Part shown: piece after piece, positions 1 to 9,521 of the stretch
How positions within the stretch are numbered: the first letter of the stretch is position 1
How the letters are laid out: each line of letters begins with the position of its first letter
Source: a virus
Taxonomy: Duplodnaviria; Caudoviricetes
DNA: 28,508 nt
Strand: one strand, 5' to 3'
IMG/VR virus record: IMGVR_UViG_3300032314_000061
Location: 1-28,508 of that record
Made by a program: the position numbers and the translations under genes
The notes under the pieces: generated by a model
Database searches by the model: none
Told to the model about the DNA's origin: nothing
What the model saw: the letters and a program-made list of their open reading frames with translations, nothing else

Positions 1-1470
1 GGCACTAACAATGACGGAGTATCAGTTAACAAGGTTGCACCGCTATTTAATTTTGTTGAAGGCACACATCAGAGTTTATCTTCAAGAAAAATTACCTTAG
101 AAAGCTGTCAAAAGTGGAATTACACTGTTGGAACTTACGGTTCTGAAGTTGTCCAAATTGCAAATTACTATAATAAAAATAAGCAAAGATGTTTTCAAAA
201 AATTAGATTTAAAAATAAAGATTTTAAAACTATCGGAGAAATTGGAGATGCTACGCTGTATGGTCAAAACTTATGGCAACCAAAGGGTAAGATTATTTGT
301 ATAACCGAAGGTGAGATTGATGCAATTTCATTATCTCAAATATTTAATCATAAATACCCATGTGTATCTATTCCAAACGGAACAGCAGGTTCAGTTAAAT
401 CTATAAAAAAGAATTTAGAATGGTTAGAAAGTTTTGAATCAATCATATTATTTTTTGATCAAGACCAACAAGGTCAACAAGCAGCTAAAGACTGTGCTGA
501 ATTATTTACAGTAGGAAAATGTAAAATAGCATCTTTTGAATTAAAAGATGTAAACGAGATGTTAGTTGCTGGTAAGACAGCAGAAGTTGTTAAAGCGATG
601 TGGCAGTCTAAGTTATATAGACCAGACGGTATTATTGCTGGAACTGAACTTTGGGATTTAATTAAAAAACCTAACCCAACTGCAACGGCTTCTTACCCCT
701 ATGACGGTCTTAATAAAAAATTATTTGGTTTAAGAAAAAGAGAAATAGTTACTATTTGTGGTGGTTCAGGAATAGGTAAAACTTTAGTCACAAAAGAGTT
801 GGCACTACATTTAATAAACAGTAATCACAAAGTCGGTATTATCTCTTTAGAAGAAAGTTTAAAAAGAACTTGCGAAGGAATTATTGGTCTACACCTAAAT
901 AAACCAATTCATATAAACAGAGATAATTTATCAGAAGAAGAATTACAGAGAGGTTATAAAGAAACTATCGGTAACGGTAATGTATTTTTGTATGACCACT
1001 GGGGAAGTATCGAAGAAGATACAATCTTAAGTAAGATAAAGTTTTTTGCAACAGGATTAGATTGTGAATTTTTAATTATAGATCACATTAGTATTATTGT
1101 AAGCGGACTAGAAGTTTACGATGAGAGAAAAACAATTGATATGCTAATGACTAAAATTAGAAAATTAGCTGAACAATTAAACATAGGAATAATTTTAGTT
1201 AGCCACTTAAAAAGACCTGAGGGAAATAAAGATCACACTGATGGTTTAAAAACTTCTTTAGGTCATTTAAGAGGTTCAGCAAGTATCAGTCAATTATCTG
1301 ATGTTGTGCTAGGAGTTGAGAGATCAACTTCAGATGAGTCTCAAAAGAATTTAGCATTTATTAGAATTTTAAAAAATAGATTTTCAGGTCTAACAGGAAA
1401 AGGTTGCACACTGAAATATGAATCCATGAAAGGAAGATTAGTTGAGCATGAAGCAGACATTAATTTTTGA
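1..1470 (+). CDS. gp4: T7 gp4-like DNA primase-helicase (5' end outside window)
   Basis: Frame 1 is open from base 1, so the ORF track start at 559 is internal. Upstream part has TOPRIM motifs ITEGEIDA and FFDQD. Downstream SF4/DnaB helicase motifs: Walker A GGSGIGKT, SLEE, IIDHISI, VSHLKR, LRGSASISQLSD, KNRFSG. Confidence 0.95.
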   Translation, partial: GTNNDGVSVNKVAPLFNFVEGTHQSLSSRKITLESCQKWNYTVGTYGSEVVQIANYYNKNKQRCFQKIRFKNKDFKTIGEIGDATLYGQNLWQPKGKIICITEGEIDAISLSQIFNHKYPCVSIPNGTAGSVKSIKKNLEWLESFESIILFFDQDQQGQQAAKDCAELFTVGKCKIASFELKDVNEMLVAGKTAEVVKAMWQSKLYRPDGIIAGTELWDLIKKPNPTATASYPYDGLNKKLFGLRKREIVTICGGSGIGKTLVTKELALHLINSNHKVGIISLEESLKRTCEGIIGLHLNKPIHINRDNLSEEELQRGYKETIGNGNVFLYDHWGSIEEDTILSKIKFFATGLDCEFLIIDHISIIVSGLEVYDERKTIDMLMTKIRKLAEQLNIGIILVSHLKRPEGNKDHTDGLKTSLGHLRGSASISQLSDVVLGVERSTSDESQKNLAFIRILKNRFSGLTGKGCTLKYESMKGRLVEHEADINF

Positions 1471-3199
1471 TATTGAAACAGATGGGTTTAATCCCTCTGT
1501 TGTCCATTGTTTAGTTATAAATAATGGTAAAGAAACACTTTCATTTGTAGGTAACGAAATTCCAAAAGGAATAGAACTTCTTGCTGATAACTTAATCGTT
1601 GGACACAACGTTATTGGGTACGACCTCCCCGTTCTTAATAAGTTGTACAACTACTCTCATAAAAAAGAGTTAGTTCACGATACGCTTTGCCTTAGTCGCC
1701 TTATCTACCCAGATATAGCAAATAGCGTGGACGTTAAGTTGTTAGCAAGAGGTGTTATAGATCAGTCAGTTTCTGGTAAGCATAATTTAAAAGCTTGGGG
1801 AAAACGTTTAGGTTTTCCTAAAATGGATTTTGATGTTTCTAATTTTTCAAAATTTACCCCAGAGATGTTGGAGTATTGTATTAGAGATGTAGAGCTTACT
1901 AAAAAACTATACGAGAAATTTAAATCAAAAGATTTTAGTTTAGAGTCTATAGAGTTAGAACACGACATTACTTATATAACTAAAGAACAAGAGAAAAAGG
2001 GTTTAGGTTTTGATGTTGTTAGAGCACAAAACTTACACGCTGACTTATTAACTAAGACAAATTTATTAAAATTAAAACTAGACGAAACATTTAAAGATTG
2101 GGTTGAAGATTTAGGAACGTTTGTACCTAAAGTTAATTCTAAAAAGTTTGGCTATGTAAAAGGTGTACCAGTTAAGAAAACTAAAGTTGTAAAGTTTAAT
2201 CCGTCATCCCGACAACACATAGCTAATAGATTAAAAGAATTACATAATTGGAAACCAAAAGAATTTACAGAAACTGGTCAGCCAATTGTAGATGAAAAAG
2301 TTTTATCTAGTTTAAATTATCCAGAAGCAAAACTATTAAATGAATATTTAACATTAGAGAAAAGATTAGGAATGTTAAGTGATGGTGCTAACGCTTGGCT
2401 TAAATTAGCTAAGAACGGAAGAATACATACTTCATACGTAACAAACATTGTTACTGGCAGAATGTCGTCACTTAAACCAAACCTAATGCAAGTTCCGAAT
2501 ATTTTTTCTATATACGGAAAAGAGTGTAGAGAATTATTTATTCCAACTAAAGGTTATGTATTAGTTGGTGTTGACGCAAATTCTTTAGAAGCACTTTGTT
2601 TAGCCCATTACATTATTAATTATACTGGCGGGAAAGCTTATGTTGATTTAATTCTTCAAGGAGATTTTCACACATACAATCAAAAAGCAGCTGGTCTTAG
2701 TTCTAGGGATTTAGCTAAAACAATGTTTTACGCTTTACTTTATGGCTGTTCGTATAAAAGATTATCAGAAATACTTTCATGCACACTACCAGAAGCTAAA
2801 GTAATTTTAGATAAATTTTATAAAGCACTACCGTTCTTAAAAGAAATTAAACAAGATATTTATGAAAAGGTTGAAGCAACTGGAATTCTTAGAGGAATTG
2901 ATAAAAGAATCTTAACAGTAAGATCAAGCCACGCACAACTTAACCTTTTGATTCAAAGTTGCGGTGCAATCCTAATGAAAAAGGCTTTAGTTATTTTATG
3001 GAATAAACTGAAGCCTTTAGATGCTTTTGTAGTCGCTACAATTCATGATGAATTTCAAATCGAAGCTAAACCAGAGATAGCTGAGCAAGTGGGCAAACTT
3101 GCAGTTGAAAGCATCAAAGAAGCAGGGGAGTATTTTAAACTTAGAGTTCCTCTAAGTGCTGCCTACAAAATTGGAAACAATTGGGCAGAAACTCACTAA
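1448..3199 (+). CDS. gp5: Family A DNA polymerase (T7 gp5-like) with 3'-5' exonuclease domain
   Basis: ExoI FDIETDG, ExoII GHNVIGYD, ExoIII YCIRDV; TGRMSS..PNLMQVP, motif A DANSLE, motif B AKTMFYALLYG, motif C HDEFQ. Start is ATG 1448 or TTG 1442 (AGGA at 1431). Confidence 0.96.
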   Translation: MKQTLIFDIETDGFNPSVVHCLVINNGKETLSFVGNEIPKGIELLADNLIVGHNVIGYDLPVLNKLYNYSHKKELVHDTLCLSRLIYPDIANSVDVKLLARGVIDQSVSGKHNLKAWGKRLGFPKMDFDVSNFSKFTPEMLEYCIRDVELTKKLYEKFKSKDFSLESIELEHDITYITKEQEKKGLGFDVVRAQNLHADLLTKTNLLKLKLDETFKDWVEDLGTFVPKVNSKKFGYVKGVPVKKTKVVKFNPSSRQHIANRLKELHNWKPKEFTETGQPIVDEKVLSSLNYPEAKLLNEYLTLEKRLGMLSDGANAWLKLAKNGRIHTSYVTNIVTGRMSSLKPNLMQVPNIFSIYGKECRELFIPTKGYVLVGVDANSLEALCLAHYIINYTGGKAYVDLILQGDFHTYNQKAAGLSSRDLAKTMFYALLYGCSYKRLSEILSCTLPEAKVILDKFYKALPFLKEIKQDIYEKVEATGILRGIDKRILTVRSSHAQLNLLIQSCGAILMKKALVILWNKLKPLDAFVVATIHDEFQIEAKPEIAEQVGKLAVESIKEAGEYFKLRVPLSAAYKIGNNWAETH

Positions 3200-3217
3200 C
3201 CAAACAACAGTATAAAC

Positions 3218-3520
3218 ATGCAATTAATATTTGTCTTAACCGACTTAGGAGAAGAACGACTTACGTACACAGTGTACGAAAAGAAACTACCATCAGATAC
3301 TATTCACAGTATAGCCATTAGTCCAGCAATCCAGATCGGTGCTGCTTTTAGTTCTTTTTTAAAAACTTTAGATGATCATTACACAGCGATCAGTGAAATA
3401 GCTATTGATGAAGAAAGACGCACAGTATTCACCAAAGAAGATTTTAGACACGACTTAGAGAAAGACCCAAAAATTATAAGATTAGATTTAAAAAGAATAA
3501 AACCGAAAGGAAACGCTTAA
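3218..3520 (+). CDS. Hypothetical phage protein
   Basis: 100-aa ORF filling the gap between polymerase and exonuclease; stop overlaps the next start (TAATG). Confidence 0.7.
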   Translation: MQLIFVLTDLGEERLTYTVYEKKLPSDTIHSIAISPAIQIGAAFSSFLKTLDDHYTAISEIAIDEERRTVFTKEDFRHDLEKDPKIIRLDLKRIKPKGNA

Positions 3521-4341
3521 TGAGTATATTGTTAGTTGATGCAGATATTGTTGCTTATAAAATTTCAGCTGTATCTGAAACCCCTATCAAGTGGGATAAT
3601 GATGTATGGACACTACACTCAGATGAAAAAGAGTGTGAAAAATTAATAGTAGATTACTTTGATAGACTTAAAGTTGATACTCAATGTACTAAAATAATTT
3701 CAGCATTTTCTGATAAAGAAAACTATAGAAATAAACTATTACCAGATTACAAAGCTAATAGAAAATCTCAAAGAAAACCCTTAACATTATCTTTTTGTAA
3801 GAAATTTATTTTTGATAATTATAATGGTTACTCAAAACCTAAATTAGAAGCCGATGATATACTAGGAATACTAGCCACTTCTAAAATATTAGAGGGTAAT
3901 AAAATAATATGTTCAGAAGATAAAGACTTAAATCAAATTGAAGGATTACACTTTAATCCATCATCAAAAGAGTTTTATAAAGTTAGCAAACAACAGGCTG
4001 AATTTAATTTTTACTTACAGATATTAGTAGGAGATCAATCAGATAATTATAAAGGTTGTCCAACTTATGGAATTGTTAAAGCAACAAAAGTATTATCGGA
4101 CAGTAAAGATTACTGGCAAACAGTAGTTAAATGTTATGTAGGTCAGGGATTAACAGAAGCTGATGCGTTAGTTCAGGCTAGAGTAGCTAAGATCTTAAAA
4201 GGTTCTGATTATAATACACAAACAAAATCACACATACTTTGGAATCCTAAAACTCTAGATAAAAAATTAAAAGGTGTAAAACTTTCTTACATCGCTTCTG
4301 AACCTGAAAAAGAAACAACTGTATTCGGAACTAAAATATGA
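3520..4341 (+). CDS. gp6: 5'-3' exonuclease (T7 gp6-like)
   Basis: LLVDADIVAY, FSD..NYR....PDYKANRK, LEADDILGI, SEDKDLNQI and GDQSDNYKGCP motifs of the FEN/gp6 family; syntenic position. Confidence 0.93.
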   Translation: MSILLVDADIVAYKISAVSETPIKWDNDVWTLHSDEKECEKLIVDYFDRLKVDTQCTKIISAFSDKENYRNKLLPDYKANRKSQRKPLTLSFCKKFIFDNYNGYSKPKLEADDILGILATSKILEGNKIICSEDKDLNQIEGLHFNPSSKEFYKVSKQQAEFNFYLQILVGDQSDNYKGCPTYGIVKATKVLSDSKDYWQTVVKCYVGQGLTEADALVQARVAKILKGSDYNTQTKSHILWNPKTLDKKLKGVKLSYIASEPEKETTVFGTKI

Positions 4342-4685
4342 AGCCAATACTAAAATACAACGATTTAAAACTTAGAAAGAAACCATCTTTAAAGGGAATA
4401 TTAGCTGAGTTAGCCGTTGCTCACGACTGTTTAAAACAGGGTTATTTTGTTTCTAAGTCTTTAGACCCAGCGTGTCCATTTGATCTTGTGCTTACTGATG
4501 ACAGTGGCACTTCATATTTAATAGATGTCAAAAGTGTTTCACGAAGAAAGAAAAACAATTCAATTATTTCTAGGTCGTTAAGCAGTATTCAAAAACAAAT
4601 GAAAGTTAAATTTTATTTTTCAAACATAAACGGAGAACCCAAACCAAATGAAAACACCACTAGAAAAAGAAGCAGAAAAATATAA
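4338..4685 (+). CDS. PD-(D/E)xK family endonuclease
   Basis: KG..AE.......L..GY.V......PFDLV........IDVKS pattern (E...PD...D-x-K), as in small Holliday-junction-resolvase-like nucleases. Confidence 0.7.
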   Translation: MKPILKYNDLKLRKKPSLKGILAELAVAHDCLKQGYFVSKSLDPACPFDLVLTDDSGTSYLIDVKSVSRRKKNNSIISRSLSSIQKQMKVKFYFSNINGEPKPNENTTRKRSRKI

Positions 4686-4797
4686 AAAATTAAGCGAGGA
4701 AGAAGGTTATTCTGAAGATCTAAAATCTTTTTTTTATTCGCTATACCTAGAATGTATTTTTAAATCAGACAAATATGAGGAAATAAAAAATGACTAG
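4648..4797 (+). CDS. Small hypothetical protein (49 aa, not in ORF track)
   Basis: ATG at 4648 with GGAGA upstream; MKTPLEKEAEKYKKLSEEEGYSEDLKSFFYSLYLECIFKSDKYEEIKND*; fills the gap and overlaps both neighbours. Confidence 0.55.
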   Translation: MKTPLEKEAEKYKKLSEEEGYSEDLKSFFYSLYLECIFKSDKYEEIKND

Positions 4798-5047
4798 TTC
4801 AGTATTTTTTAAGCAGATAGGGGGGTCTCACTATAAAAAGTTTGCCATACAGCCTTCTAAATTTATTAATGATAATAATTTATTATTCGCTGAAGGTAAT
4901 GCAATTAAATATATTTGCCGTCACAGAGATAAAGGTGGCAAACAAGATTTAGAAAAAGCTATTCATTATATAGAAATGATTATTGAAAGAGATTACGAAA
5001 ATAAAAAAGAAACAACACAAGCAAAACCTTTTGTTACTAAATATTAA
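4790..5047 (+). CDS. DUF3310 family protein (related to T7 gp1.7-type nucleotide kinase domain)
   Basis: QIGGSHYK, F.EGNAIKYICR, K.G.QDLEKA.HY signature. Confidence 0.85.
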   Translation: MTSSVFFKQIGGSHYKKFAIQPSKFINDNNLLFAEGNAIKYICRHRDKGGKQDLEKAIHYIEMIIERDYENKKETTQAKPFVTKY

Positions 5048-5289
5048 TGTCTATAGATTTACAAAAGATCAGACACTGGAAAGTATTAACATATCTAACT
5101 GTTGAAATTTTAATTGAAGATAAGTTTTATGCCAAGACCCCAGAACTTGGAGATATAAGAACATTCCCACCATCGAGTCTTTCTAAATTTAAACTTTTAC
5201 ACATACTTAAAGAAAGAAACACAATAGAGGAAATAGATGAAGAATCTCCTAAAGAAAATACTGAACTTCCTAAAAAAGAAGAAGTTTAG
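5047..5289 (+). CDS. Hypothetical phage protein
   Basis: 80-aa ORF translationally coupled (TAATG) to the upstream gene. Confidence 0.6.
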   Translation: MSIDLQKIRHWKVLTYLTVEILIEDKFYAKTPELGDIRTFPPSSLSKFKLLHILKERNTIEEIDEESPKENTELPKKEEV

Positions 5290-5557
5290 TTACCCATTAG
5301 TATTTGTATTATGGGAAGATGCCCAATCAAGTACAACTTGGGAAAACATTGAAGAAACTAAAAAACAAACACACGCTGTCTGCTGTAGCGTTGGATATCT
5401 AATATCAAGAAACAAAGAAAGTACGGTTTTAACGTCTGATTTTGGATTTACAGAATTTGACGGTGGAATTATTTTAGAGGATTGCGGTAATGCAATCATA
5501 ATACCTAGCCACAATATTTTAAAGATTAGTTATATTAAGTATGACTATAACCTTTAA
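5237..5557 (+). CDS. Conserved-looking hypothetical phage protein
   Basis: V.WEDA....W ... CCSVGYL ... IIIP...I pattern typical of a small beta-rich phage family; function unknown. Confidence 0.7.
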   Translation: MKNLLKKILNFLKKKKFSYPLVFVLWEDAQSSTTWENIEETKKQTHAVCCSVGYLISRNKESTVLTSDFGFTEFDGGIILEDCGNAIIIPSHNILKISYIKYDYNL

Positions 5558-5590
5558 AACCCACCATTAGGTTGCTCTCTTGGACAAACC

Positions 5591-5779
5591 ATGCTGATAA
5601 ACCAAGAATTAATCAATTATTTAGAGCAACAATTTCCAAATAAGTCTCCAGATTTAAACGATAATGAACGATTAATATGGTTTAAAGCGGGTCAATCAAG
5701 CGTTGTTGCACATCTTAAACAGTTAAAAGATGACCAAAATGACAACTTATTAAAAATTCAAACATTAGGAAAAGATTAA
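5591..5779 (+). CDS. T7 gp6.5-like small protein
   Basis: L..YLE..FP...P......IWFKAGQ.SVV..LK pattern and position just before the portal module. Confidence 0.6.
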   Translation: MLINQELINYLEQQFPNKSPDLNDNERLIWFKAGQSSVVAHLKQLKDDQNDNLLKIQTLGKD

Positions 5780-5781
5780 AT

Positions 5782-6015
5782 ATGTGCCTACCATCATCTC
5801 CAAAGATGCCGCCACCACCTCCAGTACCAGCCCCTCCTGCTACAGAAGTTAATGCAAGTGCTACTGCGTTAAGAGAAAAAGCACCAACAACACCTCAAAC
5901 AGCTTCTGGAACACCTTTAAGTGTTGCCAAAAGAAAAGGTAAGAGTGCTTTAAGAGTTGAATTAGATCAATCTAATCTTCAGGGCGGACAATCTGGAATC
6001 AACATCCCACTATAA
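5782..6015 (+). CDS. Small virion protein (gp6.7/gp7.3-like)
   Basis: MC start, Pro-rich N-terminus, KRKGKSALRV..; directly upstream of portal as in T7-like phages. Confidence 0.65.
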   Translation: MCLPSSPKMPPPPPVPAPPATEVNASATALREKAPTTPQTASGTPLSVAKRKGKSALRVELDQSNLQGGQSGINIPL

Positions 6016-6021
6016 TAAAAC

Positions 6022-7590
6022 ATGGAAGAACAACCGATAACGGCTAAATCTCGTTATTCTAAATTAGAATCAATTAGATTACCTTATTTAGACAGAGCAA
6101 GAGATGCTTCTGAATTTACAATACCAAGCTTAGTAACTAGAGCTGGGTATAATGGTTCAACAAAGTTATACACCCCGTTTCAAGGTATCGGTGCAAGAGG
6201 TACAAATAATTTAGCAAGTAAATTACTTTTAGCACTCCTTCCACCAAATCAATCATTTTTTAGATTAACACTAGACGAATTCACAATAGCTAAACTTTCT
6301 GGACAAAAAGGTCAGCAAGGAGAGTTTGAAAAAGCTATGGGGTCTATTGAACGAGTTATAATGAATGAGATGGAAGTTAATAATTTCAGAACAGCATTAT
6401 ATGAAGCACTACGTCATTTAATAGTTGCTGGTAACGTTCTTGTTTATATCACTCCAGATTTAACAATGAAAGTTTATCACATAGATCAATATGTTATTAA
6501 AAGAGATACATTAGGAAATGTTTTAGAAATTATTACTAAAGATGTTGCTAGTCCTTCTTCTGTATCTGAAGAAATTAAACAACTTTGTTTTGATGGCAAA
6601 GAGCCAAATTCTGTTCAATCTAATAAACAAGTAGAAATTTATACAAGAGTAATTCGTTCAGAAAATAAAAGGTGGCTTGTCCAACAAGAGGTCAACGACA
6701 AAGTCGTACCAAGTTCTATAGGAAATTATCCATTGGACAAGTCTCCTTTTATACCTCTTAGATACACAACAACTTCTGAAGATTGGGGTAGAAGTTTTAT
6801 AGAAGAATATCAAGGCGATCTAAGATCGTTGGAAGCATTATATAAAGCTGTTGTTGAAGGTAGTGCAGCTGCTTCTAAAGTTTTATTTTTAGTAAGACCA
6901 AATGGAACAACAAGACTTAAAACATTATCTGAAAGTCCTAACGGTGCAATTAGAGAAGGTGATGCTAATGATGTAACAACATTACAAATGCAAAAGTCAG
7001 CAGATTTCCAAGTTGCATTTCAAACAATGAAATTAATTGAATCAAGACTTGAAATGGCTTTCATGCTTGTACAGTCTGTTCAAAGACAAGCTGACAGAGT
7101 TACAGCAACTGAAATAAGACTATTAGCAGAAAATTTAAATGAAAGCGTTTCAGGCTTATACTCATTATTGTCTCAAGAACTTCAATTACCTTTAATAAAC
7201 CGTTTGATGTATCAAATGGAAAAAGCAAAAAGATTACCAACGCTTCCTAAAGATACAATTAAAGTAAAAATAGTAACTGGTCTTGAAGCATTGGGAAGAT
7301 CAAGCGATTTACAAAGATTAAATACTTTTGTTCAACAACTTATGCCATTTCAAAATGAACTTATGTCTTACATAAATTTAGATGAATACGTAAAAAGAGT
7401 TGGCACAAGTCTAGGCATTGATATGGAAGGTTTAATAAAATCTCCTGAACAAATGCAAATGGAACAGCAACAGGCTCAACAACAAGCCATGATACAACAA
7501 AATTCACCAGAGGTAGTTAAACAAGGAATGGGAATGATACGAGATGCTGCGGCTCGTAGTGGAGAACAAATACCGCCACAACAACAATAA
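6022..7590 (+). CDS. gp8: Head-tail connector (portal) protein
   Basis: QGIGARGTNNLASKLLLALLPPN, LIVAGN, WGRSFIEEY.GDL.SLE, RVTATEIR, TGLEALGR; 522 aa. Confidence 0.96.
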   Translation: MEEQPITAKSRYSKLESIRLPYLDRARDASEFTIPSLVTRAGYNGSTKLYTPFQGIGARGTNNLASKLLLALLPPNQSFFRLTLDEFTIAKLSGQKGQQGEFEKAMGSIERVIMNEMEVNNFRTALYEALRHLIVAGNVLVYITPDLTMKVYHIDQYVIKRDTLGNVLEIITKDVASPSSVSEEIKQLCFDGKEPNSVQSNKQVEIYTRVIRSENKRWLVQQEVNDKVVPSSIGNYPLDKSPFIPLRYTTTSEDWGRSFIEEYQGDLRSLEALYKAVVEGSAAASKVLFLVRPNGTTRLKTLSESPNGAIREGDANDVTTLQMQKSADFQVAFQTMKLIESRLEMAFMLVQSVQRQADRVTATEIRLLAENLNESVSGLYSLLSQELQLPLINRLMYQMEKAKRLPTLPKDTIKVKIVTGLEALGRSSDLQRLNTFVQQLMPFQNELMSYINLDEYVKRVGTSLGIDMEGLIKSPEQMQMEQQQAQQQAMIQQNSPEVVKQGMGMIRDAAARSGEQIPPQQQ

Positions 7591-7614
7591 CAATAGAAAG
7601 AGAGCAAGATAATT

Positions 7615-8403
7615 ATGGGTGAAACCGTAACCTTAAATACTCACGAAAATGCACAACCTGTTGAATCAAAAGAGTACCAACAGCAAATGCTTGATAAAGC
7701 TACTCAAGCTTCAAACCCAACTGTAGATACAAAAACAGATACTCCAATAGCTACAGAACAAAAACCTCAAGAAAAGATATTAGGTAAATTTAATTCTCAA
7801 GATGATTTAATTAAATCTTATCAAGAACTTGAAAAGAAACTTGGAGAAAAATCTAAGCCAACTGATACAAAACAAAATAATCTTCAAGCTGATAAACCAG
7901 CTGCAGTTCAATCATTATTTAATTTTGATCAAGCTGAAAAAGAATTTAATGAAACTGGTAACGTTTCAGAAGAAACTTTGTCTGCTTTAGAAAAAGTTGG
8001 ATTATCTAAAAATTATATTAACAATTACATCTCAGGATTAAAAGCGTTAGCAACTCAATTTGAAGCTAAAGCTTATGACACAACTGGTGGTCAAGAAAAT
8101 TATACTAAGATGACTGCTTGGGTTGCTAGTAATTTATCAGCAGCTGAAGTTGAAAGATTTAATTCTGGTGTAGCTTCTGATGATGAAACAGCTCTATATA
8201 CTATTAAAGGTATGTATGCTCGTTACAATTTAGAAACTAAAGAACCAAATTTACGAATGGGTGAAACAGGAACTCAATCGGCTGGAGAAGCATATGAAAG
8301 TGTTGCTCAAATGAAAGTTGATATGAAAAATCCTAAATACAATTCAGACCCAGCATTTCGTAAAATGGTTGAAAACAAATTATCGAGATCAAAAATATTC
8401 TAA
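7615..8403 (+). CDS. gp9: Capsid assembly scaffolding protein
   Basis: GKF....DL..SY.ELEKKLG, GGQENY..M..W, M..P.Y..DPAFR..VE.KL..S; lies between portal and capsid. Confidence 0.92.
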   Translation: MGETVTLNTHENAQPVESKEYQQQMLDKATQASNPTVDTKTDTPIATEQKPQEKILGKFNSQDDLIKSYQELEKKLGEKSKPTDTKQNNLQADKPAAVQSLFNFDQAEKEFNETGNVSEETLSALEKVGLSKNYINNYISGLKALATQFEAKAYDTTGGQENYTKMTAWVASNLSAAEVERFNSGVASDDETALYTIKGMYARYNLETKEPNLRMGETGTQSAGEAYESVAQMKVDMKNPKYNSDPAFRKMVENKLSRSKIF

Positions 8404-8471
8404 TAGGATAACGTAGTTAGTCCTATATGAACAAGGCAACAAAGTAAGACTTTACCCTCTGAGGAGGACAA
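8403..8471 (+). promoter_or_regulatory. Structured leader upstream of the major capsid gene (two hairpins)
   Basis: ATAGGA-TAAC-gta-GTTA-g-TCCTAT (8403-8426) and CCTC-tgag-GAGG followed by ACAA (8456-8471), within a 135-nt intergenic gap. Confidence 0.4.
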
Positions 8472-8538
8472 TTTAGAAACTGAAATTAGCTTTTTTAATT
8501 TAACTACAGTTTAACTTAAAAAAGAAAGGATACATAAA

Positions 8539-9498
8539 ATGTCAAATTTTACAGTATCAAATTTAGGTCAAGCTGCTGGTGCTGGTTCTACAAATGCTTT
8601 ATTTTTGCAACTTTTTAGTGGCGAAATTTTAACTGCATTTGAAAGAGCCAATACTGCACTTGATAAGACTATGGTTAGAACGATTGCTAATGGAAAATCA
8701 GCATCGTTTCCAATCTTAGGAAAAACAACTGCTGAATATCATACAGCGGGAACAGAACTTAGCGGCGTTGCTATTAAACATAACGAAAGAGTAATCACTA
8801 TACAAGATTTATTAGTGTCTCACACTTTCATTGCTAATATCGATGAAGCTAAAAATCACTTCGAAGTTAGAAGTCTCTACGCAACTGAAATGGGTAATGC
8901 TTTGGCACTTCAAATGGATAAACATTTGTACCAAACTATCTATAACGCATCTAAAGCAGGTGCACTTGATCCGCAATCAGCTGGTCAATCAGTTACAGCA
9001 GCTAACTTTTTAACAAGCGGAAAAACAGCAGCAGAAGCTATTTACTCAGCGGCACAAATTCTTGATGAGAATGATGTACCTGCTGAAGATAGATATGCGG
9101 CTGTATCACCAGCTGTTTACTACAGCTTAATTACTGACACAACTGCAGCAGTTATCAATAGAGATTTCGGCGGTGGTAACGGTACTTATGCTGACGGTAA
9201 AGTATTTAAAGTTGCTGGTATCGAAATCGTTAAAACTAATAACCTTCCATCTGGTACAATTTCATCAGGTGTTGGCGTTGGTTCTATCGTTGGTTCTGGC
9301 GGTGGTTTAGGTGGAACTTACACAAATGACAAAGCCGTAGTATGGCATAAGTCAGCTGTAGGAACTCTTAAACTTTTAGATCTATCGACTGAAATGGAAT
9401 ACTCAGCAAGACATCAAGGAACTTTGATGGTTGCTAAGTACGCTGTTGGTCATGGAATTTTAAGACCGACTGCTTCAGTTTTAATCAAAACTGCTTAA
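8539..9498 (+). CDS. gp10: Major capsid protein
   Basis: ALFLQLFSGEILTAF, RTIANGKSASFP..G, ERVITI.DLL, GN.LA...D, AKYAVGHGILRP; AAGGA ribosome-binding site at 8526-8530. Confidence 0.97.
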   Translation: MSNFTVSNLGQAAGAGSTNALFLQLFSGEILTAFERANTALDKTMVRTIANGKSASFPILGKTTAEYHTAGTELSGVAIKHNERVITIQDLLVSHTFIANIDEAKNHFEVRSLYATEMGNALALQMDKHLYQTIYNASKAGALDPQSAGQSVTAANFLTSGKTAAEAIYSAAQILDENDVPAEDRYAAVSPAVYYSLITDTTAAVINRDFGGGNGTYADGKVFKVAGIEIVKTNNLPSGTISSGVGVGSIVGSGGGLGGTYTNDKAVVWHKSAVGTLKLLDLSTEMEYSARHQGTLMVAKYAVGHGILRPTASVLIKTA

Positions 9499-9521
9499 TT
9501 AACCTAGTAATGTAAATTAAG

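Noticed and set aside
559-1470. Stand-alone 303-aa helicase as listed in the ORF track
   Set aside because: The frame is open from base 1 with TOPRIM motifs; it is the 3' part of a fused primase-helicase.
1438-1968. Minus-strand ORFs 1438-1650 and 1762-1968
   Set aside because: Antisense shadows of the DNA polymerase with no recognisable motifs.
5290-5514. Minus-strand 74-aa ORF
   Set aside because: Antisense to a better-supported + strand gene in a uniformly + strand region.
8831-9013. Alternate-frame ORF inside the capsid gene, or a T7 10B-like frameshift product
   Set aside because: No ribosome-binding site or motif, and no slippery site with an extended open frame seen at the capsid 3' end.
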